Virus record (IMG/VR): IMGVR_UViG_3300025875_000008
Span: 12,538 to 76,537 of that record
Strand: one strand, 5' to 3'
Length of the DNA: 64,000 nucleotides
Origin: a virus
The stretch's first letter is position 1, and every line of letters begins with the position of its first letter. A program made the position numbers and the translations under genes. This document shows, piece by piece, positions 27,823-38,427 of this stretch. Below the pieces are notes generated by a model. That model was given only the letters and a program-made list of their open reading frames with translations, was not told the DNA's origin and did not search any database.

Positions 27823-30800
27823 GTGGTGGCTGACAGGTCTATCAGGGTTGTTCTGACCGCTAACGCTTCCGGTTTCATCTCCACCTTGGGTCAGGCGTCA
27901 AACGCTTCCCGCAAGTTCGGTCAGGACCTGTCGGGTTCGGTCAGCAAGAACGAGCAGTCGTTGAACAAACTGGCTGGCGTCACGGGTCTTGTGGGCGCCG
28001 GTCTGGTTGCTGGTATCGGTGGCGCTGTCCGGTCTGCTGCCGACTTCGACCAGGCCATGTCGCGGGTTGCTGCGTCCGGTGACGACGCCCGGGGGAGTCT
28101 TGAGAGTTTGCGCGACGCTGCGATTGATGCTGGCGCGAAGACGTCGTTCTCCGCTGGTGAAGCCGCTGCCGGTATTGAGAACCTGGCGAAGGCTGGTGTG
28201 TCGGCCAGCGACATTCTTGGTGGCGGCTTGGCTGGCACCTTGGATTTGGCGGCTGCCGGTGAACTGAATGTGGCCGACGCTGCCTCGATTGCGGCGACCG
28301 CGATGACGCAGTTCAACCTGACCGGTGAACAACTGCCGCATGTGGCTGACCTGCTCGCTGCCGGTGCAGGTAAGGCGCAGGGGTCCGTTGAGGACATGGG
28401 CGCCGCGTTGAAGCAGTCCGGTTTGGTGGCGTCGTCTTTTGGGCTGTCCATTGAGGACACGTCGGGCACCCTGGCGGCGTTTGCTGATGCCGGTCTGATT
28501 GGGTCGGATGCTGGCACTTCGTTCAAGACGATGTTGCAATCGCTGGCGAACCCTTCCAAAGAGTCGGCGAAGCAGATGCAAGAGTTGGGCATTGCCGCGT
28601 ATGACGCGCAAGGCAACTTTGTGGGCATCACCGATCTGGCCGGTCAGTTGCAGACGCGCATGTCGAAGCTCACCCCGGCTGTGCGTGATCAGGCGATGGC
28701 GCAGATTTTCGGGGCGGATGCTGTCCGCGCCTCGAATGTTCTGTACAAAGAGGGCGCTGCTGGCATTCAGGGCTACATCGACCAGACGAACGATGCTGGC
28801 TACGCGTCGCGGGCTGCCGGGATCCTGCTCGACAACTTGAACGGTGACCTTGAAGGGCTCAAGGGGTCGTTTGAGACGGCGATGATCGGGCTCGGTGAGG
28901 GCGCTAAAGGTCCACTGCGGACGCTGGTTCAGTCGGTCACGGATGCGGTGAACGCGTTTAACAGACTGGATGATTCCACGAAGGGCACCGTGCTGTCGGT
29001 GGCCGCTGTTGGCGCCGGTGCCCTGCTGGGGTTGGCTGGTATCGCCAAGCTCGCCATCGGCGTGAATGACACCATCACTGCGTTTCGTGGTTTGCAGACC
29101 AACTCGCCGAAGGCTGCTGACGCTATCGGCAAGGTGGGTAAGGCTGCTGGTGTCGCCGCGATCGCGTTGACCGGGTTGCAGGTTCTCGGAAACATCGTTG
29201 ACAACATGAACGGTAAGGCTGTCCCCTCGCTGGAGGCGGTGCAGTCGTCGTTGATCGGAGTCGCGAGTGGAGCGGTCGGCGCAACTGCGTCGATGGACGC
29301 CTTCTTCACTGTCACCAATAAGCAGGCGGGCGTCTATGGTGACGAAGCGGTCAACGGTCTCGCAGATTCTCTTGAACGCTTACTGAGCAAGTCCAGCGGC
29401 GAGAAGATCAACGACTGGGGCTCGGACCTTGTCGATAGTCTCGGCGGTCCGGCAAGTGTCGCGAACGTACTGCGGGAAAAGTTCGACGCCGTTGACTCGT
29501 CGCTGACGAAGATGGTTTCCTCCGGTCAGGCCGAGGAGGCGGCGAAGTCGTTCCGATCGTTGCGTGACGCGGCTGAGCAGCGCGGCATCGGCATTGACAA
29601 GCTGATCACGCTGTTCCCTGATTACCAGGCGACGCTGACCGCTGAAGCGAACAGCCTGAAGGTGACCACGCTGTCGGTGGAGGATTACGCCGATTGGATG
29701 GGTGGGAAGGTTCCGCCTGCGATTGAGGCGGCTCGGCGGGCGTCGAAGGGTGCCACGGGTGCGTTTGAGTCGCAAGCGTCGAACACGACCTTGTTGAAGG
29801 ACGCCACCAAGAAGCTCGAGTCCGCTCAGGACGCGTTGGCAAAAGAGACGCAGACTGTCATTGACAAGTTCTCCATTTTGCGGGATGGCGCCCTCGATCA
29901 GGAGGACGCGAACAACGCGTGGGAACGGTCAATTGACGATGTAAAGGATGCGGTCAAGCAGAACGGTAAGGCGCTCGACTCGACCAGTGAGAAGGGTCGG
30001 GCGAACCGCGAGGTCGTGATTCGCATGATCCGGGCGTTGAACGACAAGACGACCGCCGACTTTAAGAACACAGAGAAGACGAAGGGGCTCGATAAGGCCA
30101 CTGGGGAACTGTCGGGGAAGATGAAGGTCGGCGAGCAGCGGATTCGGGATGCTGCGAAGGCTGCCGGGTTGAACACCCGTGAGACGCAGAAGATGATCGA
30201 CAAGTTCCTGAAGACACCTAAGCAGGTGAAGACGGACATCAAAACGCCGGGCATGAAGGATGCGCAGAACAACGTTGACTCGTTGGGGCGCAAGATCGGC
30301 GGTTTGAAGTCGAAGGAAGTCAACGTCACGGCGAACATTGACGTCAAGCAGACCGACATTGCTCGTGAGATCACGAAGAAGTACGGCAAGTACGCGAAGA
30401 TTCCTGGGCTGGCGACTGGTGGCCCAATTCAGAACTGGTCTGGGCAGGCGGTCAAGGGCAAAGACACTGAGCTGATTGTTGCCGCGTACGGCGAGCACAT
30501 GCTGCCCGCTGACGAGGTGGATGCGTTGGGCGGGCATGAGGGTGTGTACCGGCTGCGCAACGCTGTGAAGCAGGGCAAGATTCGTGGGTTCAAGGATGGT
30601 GGCGCGGTCGAGCGCAGTGTCATTGTGAATGGTTCTGCGTCTGATGTGCCTGGCATTGACGGGTTGATGACGGTGTGGTCGACCGCTGGTGAGCACATGG
30701 GCAAGGCTGCCGCGAACTACATTGAGCAGGGCGCTGAGAAGGCGTTGATGGCGATGGCGCTCGGGGCGGCTGAGGCGACGTCCGGTGCTGATGGGAATTA

Positions 30801-32100
30801 CGCGGCAGGCAAGGCGGGTCGTTACGGCGATCAGCGGTTCAACGCGGAGCAGCTACGGAACGCGGCGATCATCGCTTCGGTGGGTGCGAGCATGGGCGCG
30901 CACGCACAAAGGATCGGTATTGCTACCGCGATTGTTGAGTCGGGTCTGCGCAACCTGTCCTATGGCGACCGTGACTCGGTGGGCTTGTTCCAGCAACGTG
31001 CCCCGTGGGGTTCGTTCGCGGCCCGGACGAACCCGCGCACGTCGGCGGACATGTTCTTCCACGGCGGGCGTGGTGGTCAGCGCGGGCTGGATGACATTCC
31101 GGGTTGGCGGTCACGTTCGCTCGGTTCGGCAGCCCAGGCTGTGCAGGTCAGCGCGTTCCCCGGTCGTTACCAGACGCACGCTGATGAGGCTGCCGCCATT
31201 CTGAGGGGTTTGAAGTCGGGTGACGGTGGCACGTCTAACCCTGGTGGTGGGACTGGTCAGTCGAAGGGTGGCGGTAAGTACCGTCCGGTCAGGGGTGGCC
31301 GGGTTGGCTCGCGTTACCACGGCAGCCCGCCAGCTATCGACATTGGTATCGGGGTCGGGAACACGGTGTACGCCGGCCATGACGGTCGGGTGACGATCTC
31401 GCGGGATCTGCGCGGCAATCAAAGTCAGGGGTATCGGTCGTACGGTCGGTACATCACGATCAGTGGTGACGGGTACAAAACGTTGTACGCCCACTTGTCG
31501 TCCCGGGGTGTTTCCGCTGGGCAGACGGTGCGTGGTGGTCAGCCGATTGGCCGGTCAGGTAATACGGGCAACTCGACCGGACCTCACCTGCACTTCGGGG
31601 CAACGGGTGCTCGGGCTGGGTCGTTCTTCGCGAACGGCGGCATGGTGGGTGGTTGGTCGCCTCACTCGAAGGCAGACAACATCCCGATCATGGCAACAGC
31701 CCGGGAGTTCATGCAGCCGGTGCGGGCGGTCAACTATTACGGCGCTGACGCGATGGAGGCGTTGCGGCGGCTCAGTGTTCCGCGTGAGGAGTTGCGGCGA
31801 CTGATCGACAAGAAGGCGTCAACAGTCAAGAACGTTGACTTTTATCACGACCTTGCCGGTATGGCTGACGGCGGTTGGTTGCGGGACCGTCGCGTCATGT
31901 CTCCGAACTATGCGACTGCTGCACCGTTCTACCGGACAGCGGTCGGCATGAGTGGTCAAACGGCCAGTTCGCAGGCTCAGGGGCGCGGGAAGCTCGCGGA
32001 CAGCATCACGATTCAGGGTTACACCGCTGACGATGTGGCCCGGCAGATTGTGACCAGGGAACGGCGTGAGGACGCTTTGCATCCGGTGTGGGTGTCTTGA
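27823..32100 (+). CDS. tape measure protein with lysozyme-like and M23 peptidase domains
   Basis: Helical TP901-type core; IVESGLRNL.YGDRDSVGLFQQR; AHL and GNTGNSTGPHLHF M23 motifs. Confidence 0.93.
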   Translation: MVADRSIRVVLTANASGFISTLGQASNASRKFGQDLSGSVSKNEQSLNKLAGVTGLVGAGLVAGIGGAVRSAADFDQAMSRVAASGDDARGSLESLRDAAIDAGAKTSFSAGEAAAGIENLAKAGVSASDILGGGLAGTLDLAAAGELNVADAASIAATAMTQFNLTGEQLPHVADLLAAGAGKAQGSVEDMGAALKQSGLVASSFGLSIEDTSGTLAAFADAGLIGSDAGTSFKTMLQSLANPSKESAKQMQELGIAAYDAQGNFVGITDLAGQLQTRMSKLTPAVRDQAMAQIFGADAVRASNVLYKEGAAGIQGYIDQTNDAGYASRAAGILLDNLNGDLEGLKGSFETAMIGLGEGAKGPLRTLVQSVTDAVNAFNRLDDSTKGTVLSVAAVGAGALLGLAGIAKLAIGVNDTITAFRGLQTNSPKAADAIGKVGKAAGVAAIALTGLQVLGNIVDNMNGKAVPSLEAVQSSLIGVASGAVGATASMDAFFTVTNKQAGVYGDEAVNGLADSLERLLSKSSGEKINDWGSDLVDSLGGPASVANVLREKFDAVDSSLTKMVSSGQAEEAAKSFRSLRDAAEQRGIGIDKLITLFPDYQATLTAEANSLKVTTLSVEDYADWMGGKVPPAIEAARRASKGATGAFESQASNTTLLKDATKKLESAQDALAKETQTVIDKFSILRDGALDQEDANNAWERSIDDVKDAVKQNGKALDSTSEKGRANREVVIRMIRALNDKTTADFKNTEKTKGLDKATGELSGKMKVGEQRIRDAAKAAGLNTRETQKMIDKFLKTPKQVKTDIKTPGMKDAQNNVDSLGRKIGGLKSKEVNVTANIDVKQTDIAREITKKYGKYAKIPGLATGGPIQNWSGQAVKGKDTELIVAAYGEHMLPADEVDALGGHEGVYRLRNAVKQGKIRGFKDGGAVERSVIVNGSASDVPGIDGLMTVWSTAGEHMGKAAANYIEQGAEKALMAMALGAAEATSGADGNYAAGKAGRYGDQRFNAEQLRNAAIIASVGASMGAHAQRIGIATAIVESGLRNLSYGDRDSVGLFQQRAPWGSFAARTNPRTSADMFFHGGRGGQRGLDDIPGWRSRSLGSAAQAVQVSAFPGRYQTHADEAAAILRGLKSGDGGTSNPGGGTGQSKGGGKYRPVRGGRVGSRYHGSPPAIDIGIGVGNTVYAGHDGRVTISRDLRGNQSQGYRSYGRYITISGDGYKTLYAHLSSRGVSAGQTVRGGQPIGRSGNTGNSTGPHLHFGATGARAGSFFANGGMVGGWSPHSKADNIPIMATAREFMQPVRAVNYYGADAMEALRRLSVPREELRRLIDKKASTVKNVDFYHDLAGMADGGWLRDRRVMSPNYATAAPFYRTAVGMSGQTASSQAQGRGKLADSITIQGYTADDVARQIVTRERREDALHPVWVS

Positions 32101-32118
32101 TGGGAAGGTGGTGACGGG

Positions 32119-33063
32119 ATGCCGATCCTTGGTGGTATCCCGGTTCGCACCCCTCGACCGCCGCGTGTTGATCCGTTTGAGGACAGCCGCACGTTGGCGT
32201 TCCGGTCGTTGGATGGTACGGCGTTCATGGAATTCACCGGCAACGAGTTCTTCGACCTTGACGGGGTTGAGGGCTTGGACTTACCGCCGCGTGAAGTGAT
32301 CCGCGAGTCCATGCCGAACCTGGACGGCACCCGTTTGCGTGAGGTGCGGACAGGTGAACGTCAGGTGTTCCTGCCGTTCTGGCTATCGTCCACGTCCAGC
32401 CACAGTAAGTACTTGGACCGTCGTGACGAGCTGGCATCCCTGTTTAACTATCGCGGACTAAACCTGTCCGCGACCGATGGCACCTTTGATCTGGTGGCGA
32501 ACTCGCTGCGTGGTGAACGGTCGCTGCGTTGCGTGTACCTCGACGGTATGCCCGGGTCGAACATGACCGACAATTCGGGGGCGTCGTGGGAATCTCTGGG
32601 GCTCACCTTCCTCGCCTGTCGCCCTTACTGGTCGGGGGCGCGCTGGTCGACACCGACGATCCAGCGCCCATCGGGTGGTTCATGGGGTGTGTCGTGGCCG
32701 TACCAATTGTCGTCCGCGCAGGCGCTCGGCAGCGGCATCCCGGTCACTGTTGGCGGCGATGTCCCCTCATGGCCGACGATCGACTTGGTTGGGCCAGCAT
32801 CGGCAGCCTCGGTAACAGGGCCGGGTTTGTCTGTGTCTATTGCGGGCGGTCTGGCTGCGGGTGAGACGGCGCGGATTGTGACGGATCCGCGTGGCCGCAC
32901 CGCCTCGTTCGGTGGAGTCAAGGACTGGTCGCGGGTGGCACCCACCGACCGTTACCGCCCGCTGATGCCAGGTGTGCAGGAGCTGTCGATCGTGCTTGTG
33001 GGTGCGACTGATGCAACGTCGGCTGTTGTTTCTGGGGACAGTCTGTTTGAGCGGTGGTGCTGA
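32119..33063 (+). CDS. distal tail (Dit-like) protein
   Basis: Follows TMP; R.V.LP, RSLRCVY, GDVPSWPTI. Confidence 0.75.
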   Translation: MPILGGIPVRTPRPPRVDPFEDSRTLAFRSLDGTAFMEFTGNEFFDLDGVEGLDLPPREVIRESMPNLDGTRLREVRTGERQVFLPFWLSSTSSHSKYLDRRDELASLFNYRGLNLSATDGTFDLVANSLRGERSLRCVYLDGMPGSNMTDNSGASWESLGLTFLACRPYWSGARWSTPTIQRPSGGSWGVSWPYQLSSAQALGSGIPVTVGGDVPSWPTIDLVGPASAASVTGPGLSVSIAGGLAAGETARIVTDPRGRTASFGGVKDWSRVAPTDRYRPLMPGVQELSIVLVGATDATSAVVSGDSLFERWC

Positions 33064-34545
33064 ATGTGGACCGCTCGAGCGCGTGACCAAAGCCTGAACC
33101 TGTTCGACCCGATCGAGTACACGACAGCGACACTGGTCGAAAACTATGGACTACCGGACATGCTGTCACTCACTGGCAACGTGCACGATCTGCGACCCGG
33201 CATTGGTCCGAATGCTGGTGTGGTGCTGTACGACGACAGTGGTGCTCGCAGGTTCAACGGGTTCCTGACTTCGGCTGAGCGGCTTGGGAACGGGACCGCG
33301 AATCTGATCTACGCATCCGACGACGCGAACCTGTGGCAGCGGATCGTCTGGCCCAGTTACAACGCCGCCTGGACAGCGCAGACGGCTGCGTATGACGTGC
33401 AGACGGGTCCGGCTGAGACCAGGCTGTTGACGTACATCAACCGCAACTTGGGACCGATCGCTTACACCCCGTCACCGTTCAGCGTGACCACCACTCGGCA
33501 GGTGCTGCACACAAGAATCCCGACGTCGCAGGGTCGCGGGCCGGTCGCGAAAACATCAGCCCGGTTCAACGTGCTCGGCGAATTGGTGTCACAACTTGCG
33601 GAGTCGGCGTCGTTGCGGGTACAGATCGTCCTCAACTATGACGGCTTCACCCCGTGGCTGGATGTGACGGTCACTGAGGTTCCTGACTTGTCGTCGTGGG
33701 CGCGGTTCGGTACTCCCGAGGCGTCAGGGCCGGGTGTGCTGGGTGCGGACTGGCGGTACAAGTACGAACAGCCGAAGGTGACCACGGTTCTGTCAGCGGC
33801 TGGCGGTGAAGGCAAGGACCGCCTGCTGAACTCGCTGACTGACTTGGACCGCAACAATCTGTGGGGTCGGCGGATTGAGCAGTTCATCGACCAACGCAAC
33901 ATCGGCAGTCAGATCGGCGCCCGTGAAGAACTGAAGAAGGCGACGGGCGCACGGGATGTGGCGTTGAAGGCGCGCAACGGCCAGTTGCGCATGAGGAACT
34001 TGGCCCAGAACGCAAAGGACCAAGCACAGGCCGCGTTGGACGCCAACCCGGGCAACGCTGCCGCCACAACGCGGCGAGATGCTGCGGTGGATGCGCTCAA
34101 CGAAGCCATCTCTGACTACAACCAAGCCAACACCGAATACAACCAGACGGTCACCGACTACAACGCCGCTGTTACCGCTCTGCAAGCCGCCATCGCCTCC
34201 GACACCAGCGAGATCAACCAAGCTCTGGCTGATGCGATGGCGGAAGCGGTCGGGTTGACGGAAATCTCCGCCCCGTTGGGCGAGTCGGATCTGAACGTTG
34301 GCGGCACTGGCGGCACTGCGGGTGTTGATGTGCCGTTGGGTGCGCGGGTGTCTGTGGTGTTGGACGGGGAGACGGTGACGGAACGTATCCGGCAGATCAC
34401 CACAACCATTTCAGCCCAGTCGGGGCAGGAGACGGTGCACGTTGAGCCTGTCATCGGCACCCCTGATGCGGGGTTGGCGTCCCCGACGCAACGGCGTCTA
34501 GCTGCCGCTTTCCGGCGGATCAGTTCTGTTGAACGTAACCAGTAG
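33064..34545 (+). CDS. baseplate hub / Gp37-like minor tail protein with coiled-coil insert
   Basis: TTVLSAAGGEG, RRIEQFIDQR, C-terminal VTERIRQIT. Confidence 0.75.
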   Translation: MWTARARDQSLNLFDPIEYTTATLVENYGLPDMLSLTGNVHDLRPGIGPNAGVVLYDDSGARRFNGFLTSAERLGNGTANLIYASDDANLWQRIVWPSYNAAWTAQTAAYDVQTGPAETRLLTYINRNLGPIAYTPSPFSVTTTRQVLHTRIPTSQGRGPVAKTSARFNVLGELVSQLAESASLRVQIVLNYDGFTPWLDVTVTEVPDLSSWARFGTPEASGPGVLGADWRYKYEQPKVTTVLSAAGGEGKDRLLNSLTDLDRNNLWGRRIEQFIDQRNIGSQIGAREELKKATGARDVALKARNGQLRMRNLAQNAKDQAQAALDANPGNAAATTRRDAAVDALNEAISDYNQANTEYNQTVTDYNAAVTALQAAIASDTSEINQALADAMAEAVGLTEISAPLGESDLNVGGTGGTAGVDVPLGARVSVVLDGETVTERIRQITTTISAQSGQETVHVEPVIGTPDAGLASPTQRRLAAAFRRISSVERNQ

Positions 34546-34553
34546 GAGACCCG

Positions 34554-35519
34554 ATGGCGACTGACAGTTATCCCGCAGTTGGGATCGGCGGTTTCACCGA
34601 TGCAGAGTTCACAAAGTCGTACGCCTCGCAGGACGGCATTTTCGAGGACTACCACACAGGCGGCGTCTCCGCGCTGAACTTGACCCGCAACAACACCACC
34701 GATGAGTGCACGATCGGTGTGGGCATGGTCCGGGTGAACGGGTACACGCTCGAGGTCACCAGCCCGCACGCCCTGCCTACGCCGCCGATCAGCTCGGGGA
34801 CGGTCACGTATCGGATTGCAGCCCAGTACGACCCGTCGCTGAACATTGCGGACGGCGGCGGGTCCGCTTCGACTTTGGGTGCGTGCCGACTGATTGTGAC
34901 CAGCGGTGCCTTGGACACGTCGAACAACAAGCAGTACACGATCTTGTACGAAGTAACCCGTGCTGCATCGCAAGTGTTGACCGCTGCCACGGTGGTGGAT
35001 CGTCGCCGTTGGGTTGGTCAGGTCATCGAGGTTCCCGACTACTCCAACTTGGTGACCGGGTTTGGTCCGTTCCCTCGCGGCACAATCATTGTGCAAACCG
35101 CTGATGCTGCCGCGCCGGGCACCATGAACATGTCAATCCGCACCGTCGACGGCAGCGTGTTGGTGTGGAAGTCGATGACCGGTGAGGCTGCGGTCCCGTT
35201 CCCGGCCGCTGGGACGTTGGTCGCGCAGGACGAGCCCGCGTTGATGTACAAAGAGTGGGGCACCGTCCATTTGCAGGGGACGTTGAAACGGTCTGCTGCC
35301 GGGTCGAACCTGAACAACGGTTCCCCGGTCATTTTGGGAACGCTGCCGGTTGGGTGGCGTCCCGGTGCCGGGTGCCGGTTCATGGTGCTCGCGTCCGGCC
35401 CTGTTGCTGTTGGGATCGTGGTGACTCCTAGCGGCACCGTGTCCATGTATGACCCGGTGGGGACGACGAACGTCGCTTACGTCCAACTCAACGGAATCTC
35501 GTTTCGAGCGGAGAACTAA
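34554..35519 (+). CDS. minor tail protein
   Basis: DSYP...F, VRVNGY, C-terminal VHLQG..LGTLPVGWRP domain. Confidence 0.75.
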   Translation: MATDSYPAVGIGGFTDAEFTKSYASQDGIFEDYHTGGVSALNLTRNNTTDECTIGVGMVRVNGYTLEVTSPHALPTPPISSGTVTYRIAAQYDPSLNIADGGGSASTLGACRLIVTSGALDTSNNKQYTILYEVTRAASQVLTAATVVDRRRWVGQVIEVPDYSNLVTGFGPFPRGTIIVQTADAAAPGTMNMSIRTVDGSVLVWKSMTGEAAVPFPAAGTLVAQDEPALMYKEWGTVHLQGTLKRSAAGSNLNNGSPVILGTLPVGWRPGAGCRFMVLASGPVAVGIVVTPSGTVSMYDPVGTTNVAYVQLNGISFRAEN

Positions 35520-35522
35520 GAC

Positions 35523-36179
35523 ATGGCGCGTTACCTGTTCGCTTCAGCCCTGGTTGAGTTGCCCGGCAACATTGTCGCGGCAGGCATCCCGTTCTCGTTG
35601 TGGTCTGAGTTGCACGGCGGCACCCAGTACACGGACATCAAGGCGCCGGATGGTGTGACCAGCATTCCGTTGGTGATGGACGGCAACGGGGTCCGTCCTG
35701 AGCTGCGCGGCCCCGACAGCGTGAAAACGATGTATTGCGATGCCGGTGGCGGTGTGCGGTTTGAGATGTACGCCACCGATGAGCTGTCGTACATTCTCGA
35801 CCAGTTTCGGGTGTTGGCGTTCCAGTTCGGGCAGTTGGCGACGCAGGTCGACAACCTGGATTTGTCGGGTGGCGGCACTGGTGGTGGCGGGTTGCCGGTG
35901 GGCACCACGTTGGACCAGATCCCGAACGGTGCCGACCGGTTGGCGATGACGTACGCCGAACGGAACCGGATTGCTGGGTTGCCGTCATCGTTTTTGCAGT
36001 TGGGTACGACGGCGGGGACGGCGAAGGCTGGGAACTATAAGCCGACCCCGGCTGAGATCAGTGCGGTGCAGAATGTGAACGGTGCCCCGCGTTTGTGGGG
36101 GCGTAGCGCGTCGCAGGCGTTGCCTACGGCGGCTGAGGGTGCTGTTGACGGTGACTGGTTGTTCCGAGAGAACCCCTGA
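35523..36179 (+). CDS. tail fibre proximal protein
   Basis: DGNGVRPELRGPD, LQLGTTAGTAKAGN, DGDWLF terminus. Confidence 0.7.
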   Translation: MARYLFASALVELPGNIVAAGIPFSLWSELHGGTQYTDIKAPDGVTSIPLVMDGNGVRPELRGPDSVKTMYCDAGGGVRFEMYATDELSYILDQFRVLAFQFGQLATQVDNLDLSGGGTGGGGLPVGTTLDQIPNGADRLAMTYAERNRIAGLPSSFLQLGTTAGTAKAGNYKPTPAEISAVQNVNGAPRLWGRSASQALPTAAEGAVDGDWLFRENP

Positions 36180-37504
36180 TGCCGCTGTACCGGTACTCGA
36201 ACGGGGCGTGGAGGCAGGGCGCGTCTGTTCTGTACCCGAACACGTCCAGTGTTGAGGCGGCGTTGCCGACCGGCCCTGACTACATTCACTATGACGTTTT
36301 GAGGGCGCGGGCGACGCTTGGGGGCGCTGTCGACCCGGACTTGCAAACCGTGTTCGACACACTGGTTGAGCCGAAGATTGTCACCATGCCGCCTGGTGTG
36401 TTTGAGACGAAGCGGAAGTGGGGCAAGGCACCGTACTACTCGGGTGCGACCACACCGCAACGTCAGGCTGCGTTGTTGGTGCCGAAGGTTTGCCGTGGCA
36501 TTTGGGGGTCGGGGCGGGGTTCTGTTGGGTCCACGTCGGGCACTATCATCCGTGTCACCCCGATGACGTGCCAGTCAGCGTCTGAGGGTGGGTCGTGGTT
36601 TCAGACGGGCGGGTCAGGGTCGGGTGACTTCCTGCTGAAGAACCTGCACATTGAGGGCACCGAGCAGGGGAACCAGACGGCGGCGAAAGCCGACGCGCCC
36701 GGCTATGACGGGGTGTCTCGGAAACTGTTCACCAACTACTTTGAGCAGGGCAACCGAACGGGCCAGTACGTTGCTGAGGACATCCTGTCGAACGGGTCGT
36801 ACGGCAACAACGGTGCCCCTCCTGGGGAGACGTTCAACTTCCAGGTGTACAACGCCGACTATCACATTTTGCGCAGGGTGGAGACGGACGGTCGGCGTGC
36901 TGTGGGTGGGCCGTCGTTCTCGAGCGTGGGGATCACCGCCGGGAACTGTTACGGCGCCGAATGGTACGACTGTTGGGCGCATCACATCAACGCCAAGACG
37001 TACCACATGGTCTATTACCAGACGATGGCGTGTAAGACGTTCAACTGCCGCCTGGGTGACTCGTCCGATCTGGACGGGTACGGCGACTTCGGGGTGACGA
37101 ACCCCTCCCCCACCACTCCCGGGTTCACGGGTGGCGGGTTCAACCAGGAACGTGCCGGCGACTCTGAGCATTACGGGTTGAACATTTACAGCAACCGGAA
37201 GGGTCCGAACAACCCCGACAAGGGTGTGCATTTCAACCATTCCGGCGATGACTGGTCGCGGGCGTTCATCGGGGACACGATGCGGTTGGTTGACCACCAG
37301 TACTGCCTGATTCAGGACGCGACTTGGTTCAACCACTGGGGCAAGACCGGGAACCCGCTGTACGTGTCCACGTGGATTCCGTACAGCAGCAACCCGAACG
37401 CGATCACCGTCTCGCCGACCGTCATCAACAACGGTGTGCCGCAGCGGATCGCGTGGTCGCCACCGGGCTACTCACCGACCGTCCTCAGCCCCTACCAGAT
37501 GTGA
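36179..37504 (+). CDS. probable beta-helix (pectin-lyase-like) tailspike
   Basis: VTMPPGVF, GIWGSG..GTII entry pattern and Asn/Gly-rich repeats. Confidence 0.55.
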   Translation: MPLYRYSNGAWRQGASVLYPNTSSVEAALPTGPDYIHYDVLRARATLGGAVDPDLQTVFDTLVEPKIVTMPPGVFETKRKWGKAPYYSGATTPQRQAALLVPKVCRGIWGSGRGSVGSTSGTIIRVTPMTCQSASEGGSWFQTGGSGSGDFLLKNLHIEGTEQGNQTAAKADAPGYDGVSRKLFTNYFEQGNRTGQYVAEDILSNGSYGNNGAPPGETFNFQVYNADYHILRRVETDGRRAVGGPSFSSVGITAGNCYGAEWYDCWAHHINAKTYHMVYYQTMACKTFNCRLGDSSDLDGYGDFGVTNPSPTTPGFTGGGFNQERAGDSEHYGLNIYSNRKGPNNPDKGVHFNHSGDDWSRAFIGDTMRLVDHQYCLIQDATWFNHWGKTGNPLYVSTWIPYSSNPNAITVSPTVINNGVPQRIAWSPPGYSPTVLSPYQM

Positions 37505-37515
37505 GGAACTGACTT

Positions 37516-38427
37516 ATGGCCGTGAAGGGCTTGTACTTTGAGGGCGGCACTGAGGGTGCTGCGCTGACGCCGGCGAACACCGGTGCCGTTTCCATTTCGC
37601 TTCAGGGCACGTCGACCGCGAGGTTCCGGGGTTCGGCGAAACAGTCCGGTGCGTTCGGTGCCGAGTTCATCGCCGCAGCTTCGTCGTACTCGTTCGCCCG
37701 GGTCATCGCTGTGGCAGAGTCGGGGTCTGCGGCTGCCGCGTTGGAGTTCATCTGCCCAGCTTTGCCGACTGCGGTCGATAAGACGATCCTCGCGTTTCGG
37801 TCTGGTGGCACCACCCCCGCATCGTTGGCTGTGAATGCGGCCATCACCCCGTTGGGGAAGATACGGGTCCAGGCTGGCGCGGTGACCGTGGTCAACCCAT
37901 TCCCGACCGCGACGACCGGCGACAACGTCCTCGTTCCCGGCCAGTCGTACCTGCTCGAGATGCTGGTGTCGGGGCAGTCGGCGACGAACGGGCGTGTGGA
38001 GGCACGGCTCACCCGCAAGTCCTCAGGTGCGGTCATCGGGACGGTCCTGTCAACGACAGCGAACGTGACAACCAACCTCATCGGCGGCTGCGACTTCGGG
38101 GTGCTGCCCACCACGGACCAGTCGTACACACTGCTGCTGGATAACGCCCGGCTGATCGACAACAACCCGGTCGGTCAGTGGCCGGGCGCCTACGTAGCTG
38201 CGGCTGACCCGCTCACCGGTTCAGCGACAGTCACCCCCACGTCGGGGGTTGTTCCGTTCACGGTGACCGCTGTGATCACCACCGAGGGTGGGACGGGGAC
38301 CGCGAAGGTTTACACCTACAACTGGGGCGACGGGACTCCCGTAACGTCCAGCAGCTCGGCCACTGCCACCCACACCTACTCGGCTGCCGGTAACCAGAAC
38401 TGGACGTTCACGGCTGCGAACACCTGA
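37516..38427 (+). CDS. lectin/concanavalin-like domain + PKD protein
   Basis: FEGG start; C-terminal PTSGVVPFTV...YNWGDGT...THTYSAAG. Confidence 0.6.
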   Translation: MAVKGLYFEGGTEGAALTPANTGAVSISLQGTSTARFRGSAKQSGAFGAEFIAAASSYSFARVIAVAESGSAAAALEFICPALPTAVDKTILAFRSGGTTPASLAVNAAITPLGKIRVQAGAVTVVNPFPTATTGDNVLVPGQSYLLEMLVSGQSATNGRVEARLTRKSSGAVIGTVLSTTANVTTNLIGGCDFGVLPTTDQSYTLLLDNARLIDNNPVGQWPGAYVAAADPLTGSATVTPTSGVVPFTVTAVITTEGGTGTAKVYTYNWGDGTPVTSSSSATATHTYSAAGNQNWTFTAANT

